From positions 1 to 12,921 of the forward strand of contig DXJL01000197.1 of NCBI GenBank assembly GCA_019057635.1: a stretch of 12,921 nucleotides of DNA. Reading direction: 5' to 3'. The first letter of the stretch is position 1. Each line of letters opens with the position of its first letter. Position numbers and translations under genes: made by a program. Positions 10,043-12,921 of this stretch are shown here, one piece after another. Origin of the DNA: Candidatus Heimdallarchaeota archaeon (GTDB lineage Archaea > Asgardarchaeota > Heimdallarchaeia > Hodarchaeales > Hodarchaeaceae). The notes beneath the pieces were generated by a model. That model was not told the origin of the DNA, made no database searches, and was given only the letters and a program-made list of their open reading frames with translations.

Positions 10043-10306
10043 ATCTTTATTCTCTCTTTTAACCAATATCAAAGAGATTTTTTCTGTGAATGAATTTCTT
10101 TCAATCGATTTGAATTGTCTAACCTACAATGTTGACCTTTATTTATGTAGCTTATTTAATTAACTTTGTGCATATTTTCTCTCTTTTCCATTTATTCGTC
10201 TCTTGGATCCGACATTATGAATAAGGGGCATTAAACTTGGAAAGCATGTAAAATATAGTACAAAACAAGCTATATTATGATGATATCAATTGAATAGCAT
10301 TCAGCG

Positions 10307-10324
10307 AGGAACCTTAAGGTTCCT
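10307..10324. repeat. Perfect 18-bp palindrome AGGAACCTTAAGGTTCCT
   Basis: The sequence equals its own reverse complement, and its central TTAA contains the stop codon of the 10314-11237 gene. Confidence 0.9.
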
Positions 10325-11237
10325 TCCCTTCTAGCTTCCTAATTTTTTCCTTTAACTTCTGGACTTGATATGTAAGGACTTGATTTTGAGCTAGAATATC
10401 CATTACAAAGTCTTTTAGTTTTCTTACTTCCCTTTCATCATGAGTCGCTAAATCGATCGCAATGTTTACCGTTGATCGTAAATTTTCTAAAAGATCATCA
10501 AACCATTTGACCGGATATTTACCCTCATTCCCTTTCTGAAAGTCGATCCACTCACGGACCCACTCCTCAATAAATGATTCGATGAATTGTAAAAATGATT
10601 TTTCCTTTAAATATGGTAAATTGCGAGGAAATAGTAAGAATAGGTTCATTACCCTGCCTGTTAATGCAATTCTAGGATCTTTACTACTTGGAGCAGGAAC
10701 CAAGAAATCGTAACTTACATGTATCATATCCGTACGATTGGGAACATTTAGAGGTTCCTTAAATCCAACCTGAAATTCGTTTAGTTTCCCCATATAGGAT
10801 ATAGTCTGCCCTTGTACAGCTAGCAATAATGTAGTTTCTTCATTAATGAAGCTGGGACTATAAACCACCTTAGGTCCTCTAGCATCATCAAAAGCTGCCA
10901 CTACAATACCTATTAAATTCTCTCGCAGTGTATCACGATCTTTTCGCCGAGTTTGGAGCTGCAAATCGATATCCGTGATGTCTATCATTTCATCTGCTAA
11001 AAGAATGTATAAATCTTTCTTGTACTTCTGATAATATAAACGAGAAAACGCGTACTCGGGTAGATTCTTCTGAAGAATAACAGTATCATCCATTTCAAGA
11101 GCTGGATCATTATAAAGTTCAGCAATCAATATATCCTCATCAGTTTTTGTAAGGATTTTTTGACGTTGAAGTTTTTGGTCGATAATATACAAACCTTGCT
11201 CGTTAATGAGCCAAAATCGATAATAATTCCCTATCAT
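10314..11237 (-). CDS. Uncharacterised cytoplasmic protein: N-terminal longin-like segment, uDENN/longin-like domain and C-terminal leucine zipper
   Basis: aa 108-128 LIGIVVAAFDDARGPKVVYSP resembles the beta1-beta2 hairpin (F-x-x-x-x-G-P) of NPRL2/folliculin/SMCR8/C9orf72-type longin domains. N-terminal RFWLINEQGLYIIDQ resembles a longin hairpin. Heptad repeat at aa 271-302. SD-like GGAG upstream, and only 33 bp separate it from the previous gene. CDS status is solid; domain calls are by eye. Confidence 0.65.
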   Translation of the reverse strand: MIGNYYRFWLINEQGLYIIDQKLQRQKILTKTDEDILIAELYNDPALEMDDTVILQKNLPEYAFSRLYYQKYKKDLYILLADEMIDITDIDLQLQTRRKDRDTLRENLIGIVVAAFDDARGPKVVYSPSFINEETTLLLAVQGQTISYMGKLNEFQVGFKEPLNVPNRTDMIHVSYDFLVPAPSSKDPRIALTGRVMNLFLLFPRNLPYLKEKSFLQFIESFIEEWVREWIDFQKGNEGKYPVKWFDDLLENLRSTVNIAIDLATHDEREVRKLKDFVMDILAQNQVLTYQVQKLKEKIRKLEGKEP

Positions 11238-11270
11238 AAAGTAATTGCTCCAATCATCAATTCTAGCTTA

Positions 11271-12920
11271 TCAAAGTTTGGTCAACTGCAGTAAATCTTT
11301 TTGCTCGGCTTCAATTAGTAGATTGATATTTATCGCATGATCTATGAACTCGATGGCTTCACTACGTTTATAATGCTTGGAAAGATGTGAAATAATTTGT
11401 TCAGAGAAGAAGTAATGAGCACCTTCAATATGAAACATGACCTTCTTAATTTCCTTGAACATCTTAACATGTTTTCGTGAAAGCTTCACAGAATCAAGTG
11501 TGAGAACTCCTTCGTTGAGGATATACGCAGAAAAGTAGTGGAGAGGTATATACTTCCTTACCATCTTCTTAACAACGGTATCAGGGATTTGGTCGCTGCT
11601 ATAGAAGTCTTGCAATTCAGCCGTGTATTTATCCTCAAGTTCGTTTCCCAAAGCTTTCAAATGAGTTTGGAAATAATCAGGTAATCGTACCTCGGAGATA
11701 ATAATGAAACTGGAATGATCACCGTGCCAAATTAACATGTGTAAACCCTCACGACTGAGAAATTCAATTTTGTCACGCTCTTTTTCCTCCTCAGACTGGG
11801 AAGTCATGCTTTCTGACAGTTCTTCCATGAAAGAGGACAAAGCAGCACTCATACCAGACAAAGCATCAGTATCGGTTTGGAACTCAGCGATTGTTTTCTC
11901 TGAGTAAAACTGCAAACCTGATTGATGACGAGCTAAGATTAAACGAATCGATTTTATTTCCTCAAAGCTTTGCTCAACAGCAATATCATGTCTTAAAATG
12001 AGTTGTTTACGGGTTCTTCTTCTACGACGAAATACACGGATAGTGCTAACTGCAATAACTACAGAGATCAAAACAACTACCACAGCAATTAAAACAGTAG
12101 TGATTACTTCAAAAATGTCTATTGCTGGTGGAAGGATTTTATAGGATTCTAATTCATTAGCTGGCATACTATAAGTATAAGGTAAGCCTGATAAGCTAGG
12201 AGCTGAGTAGATAGTAATATTCGTGAATTTAATAGCATCTCTAGTATAGATACCATCAATAGTGTACGTAGCTCGATAACTTGAATTATCAGTCTGTTTT
12301 ACCCCTTCGTAGATTCGTGTAGTCCCATTTTCGTATTCTAACACAATATAAAAGGTGATAGTTACTCTTCCTAGGGGAACCTGTTGAGTGACACCCGCTC
12401 CACCTCCAGAGACATAAGCTAAAGTAGCAATAAAAATAATGTCTTCACCTTGTTGGATGTTCTTTCCAGGTTCTATTTCAAAACTTATTTCTGTTTCATA
12501 TCCATCTATAGAAACATTAAATGAAATTGATTGGCTTTCATATCCATAAATGCTTAAAATGACCGTCATATTGTATTTTCCATATTGAATACCTGTTGTT
12601 TCTAGTACAATTGAAAATGGTGCGTTTGCTGAAAATGTAACATGACTAATATCAACAGAGGAGTCATTTAACAGAATATTTGCGTTATCGATAGTGCTAA
12701 TGATATCTGATTTGTAAGTTAGGAACTCTTCAATTGTCACAGTAATGGTTTCCTCTACCATAATTTGATTACTACTAATAATATAAGGATCTATTGTTTG
12801 TGTAGGCATTTCCACAATGTTAAATGTCAGTAAAATGAAATTCTCTTGATAGATAGAGTGACTAAGAGTAATATTAATTTCATAAGAACCTAAAGATAGT
12901 GAACTTGAACTTAAATTGAA
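11271..12920 (-). CDS. Large single-pass membrane protein (5'-truncated): extracellular Ig-like beta repeats, TM helix, cytoplasmic longin-like domain and C-terminal winged-helix-like domain
   Basis: The frame stays open upstream of the ORF-track GTG 12815 to the window edge (FNLSSSSLSLGSYEINITLSHSIYQENFILLTFNIV-EMPT), so the true start is outside the window. TM VITTVLIAVVVVLISVVIAVSTI is followed by RVFRRRRRTRK. The cytoplasmic part IRLILARHQSGLQFYS..DTDALSGMSAALSSFMEEL..IEFLSREGLHMLIWHGDHSSFIIIS..helix has the beta-beta-alpha-beta-beta-beta-alpha-alpha order of a longin fold. Confidence 0.75.
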   Translation of the reverse strand, partial: FNLSSSSLSLGSYEINITLSHSIYQENFILLTFNIVEMPTQTIDPYIISSNQIMVEETITVTIEEFLTYKSDIISTIDNANILLNDSSVDISHVTFSANAPFSIVLETTGIQYGKYNMTVILSIYGYESQSISFNVSIDGYETEISFEIEPGKNIQQGEDIIFIATLAYVSGGGAGVTQQVPLGRVTITFYIVLEYENGTTRIYEGVKQTDNSSYRATYTIDGIYTRDAIKFTNITIYSAPSLSGLPYTYSMPANELESYKILPPAIDIFEVITTVLIAVVVVLISVVIAVSTIRVFRRRRRTRKQLILRHDIAVEQSFEEIKSIRLILARHQSGLQFYSEKTIAEFQTDTDALSGMSAALSSFMEELSESMTSQSEEEKERDKIEFLSREGLHMLIWHGDHSSFIIISEVRLPDYFQTHLKALGNELEDKYTAELQDFYSSDQIPDTVVKKMVRKYIPLHYFSAYILNEGVLTLDSVKLSRKHVKMFKEIKKVMFHIEGAHYFFSEQIISHLSKHYKRSEAIEFIDHAININLLIEAEQKDLLQLTKL

Positions 12921-12921
12921 A

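Noticed and set aside
10043-10306. Longest intergenic region as a possible ncRNA, tRNA or small gene
   Set aside because: It is very AT-rich, with no cloverleaf, C/D-box pair, repeat array or convincing ORF that I could see. The imperfect inverted repeat TTCAATCGATTTGAA (10100-10114) is too weak to call.
12006-12038. RVFRRRRRTRK as a Tat signal or NLS-like motif
   Set aside because: It directly follows the TM helix and is explained as a positive-inside stop-transfer segment.
12813-12815. GTG 12815 as the start of the membrane protein
   Set aside because: The frame is open to the window edge, the upstream codons continue the beta repeat, and no signal peptide follows this GTG.

Overview
AT-rich, gene-dense archaeal chromosomal window with 11 protein-coding genes, two of them cut by the window edges. 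I found no rRNA, tRNA, CRISPR array or mobile element. Archaeal signals (Cdc48/VAT, PAC2 chaperone, GGTGA-type Shine-Dalgarno sites, BRE/TATA-like promoters) occur together with eukaryotic-signature proteins (gelsolin, longin/uDENN-like domains), which points to an Asgard archaeon; this is an inference, not a database result. Left: a protein quality-control cluster (Hsp20 3' end, Cdc48, PAC2/Pba), a small unknown protein and serS. Middle: a GPH-family MFS transporter, a crotonase resembling a delta3,delta2-enoyl-CoA isomerase, and a GH57 hydrolase. Right, all on the minus strand, is the most interesting part. It holds a single-pass receptor-like surface protein (Ig-like repeats, TM helix, cytoplasmic longin-like and winged-helix-like domains). 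Next is a longin-like/uDENN-like/leucine-zipper protein with a candidate GAP arginine finger. Last is a gelsolin with two clear domains, a proline-rich linker and a probable third divergent domain. Together these could form a surface-to-small-GTPase-to-actin signalling module. All domain calls were made by eye and need profile or structure searches.
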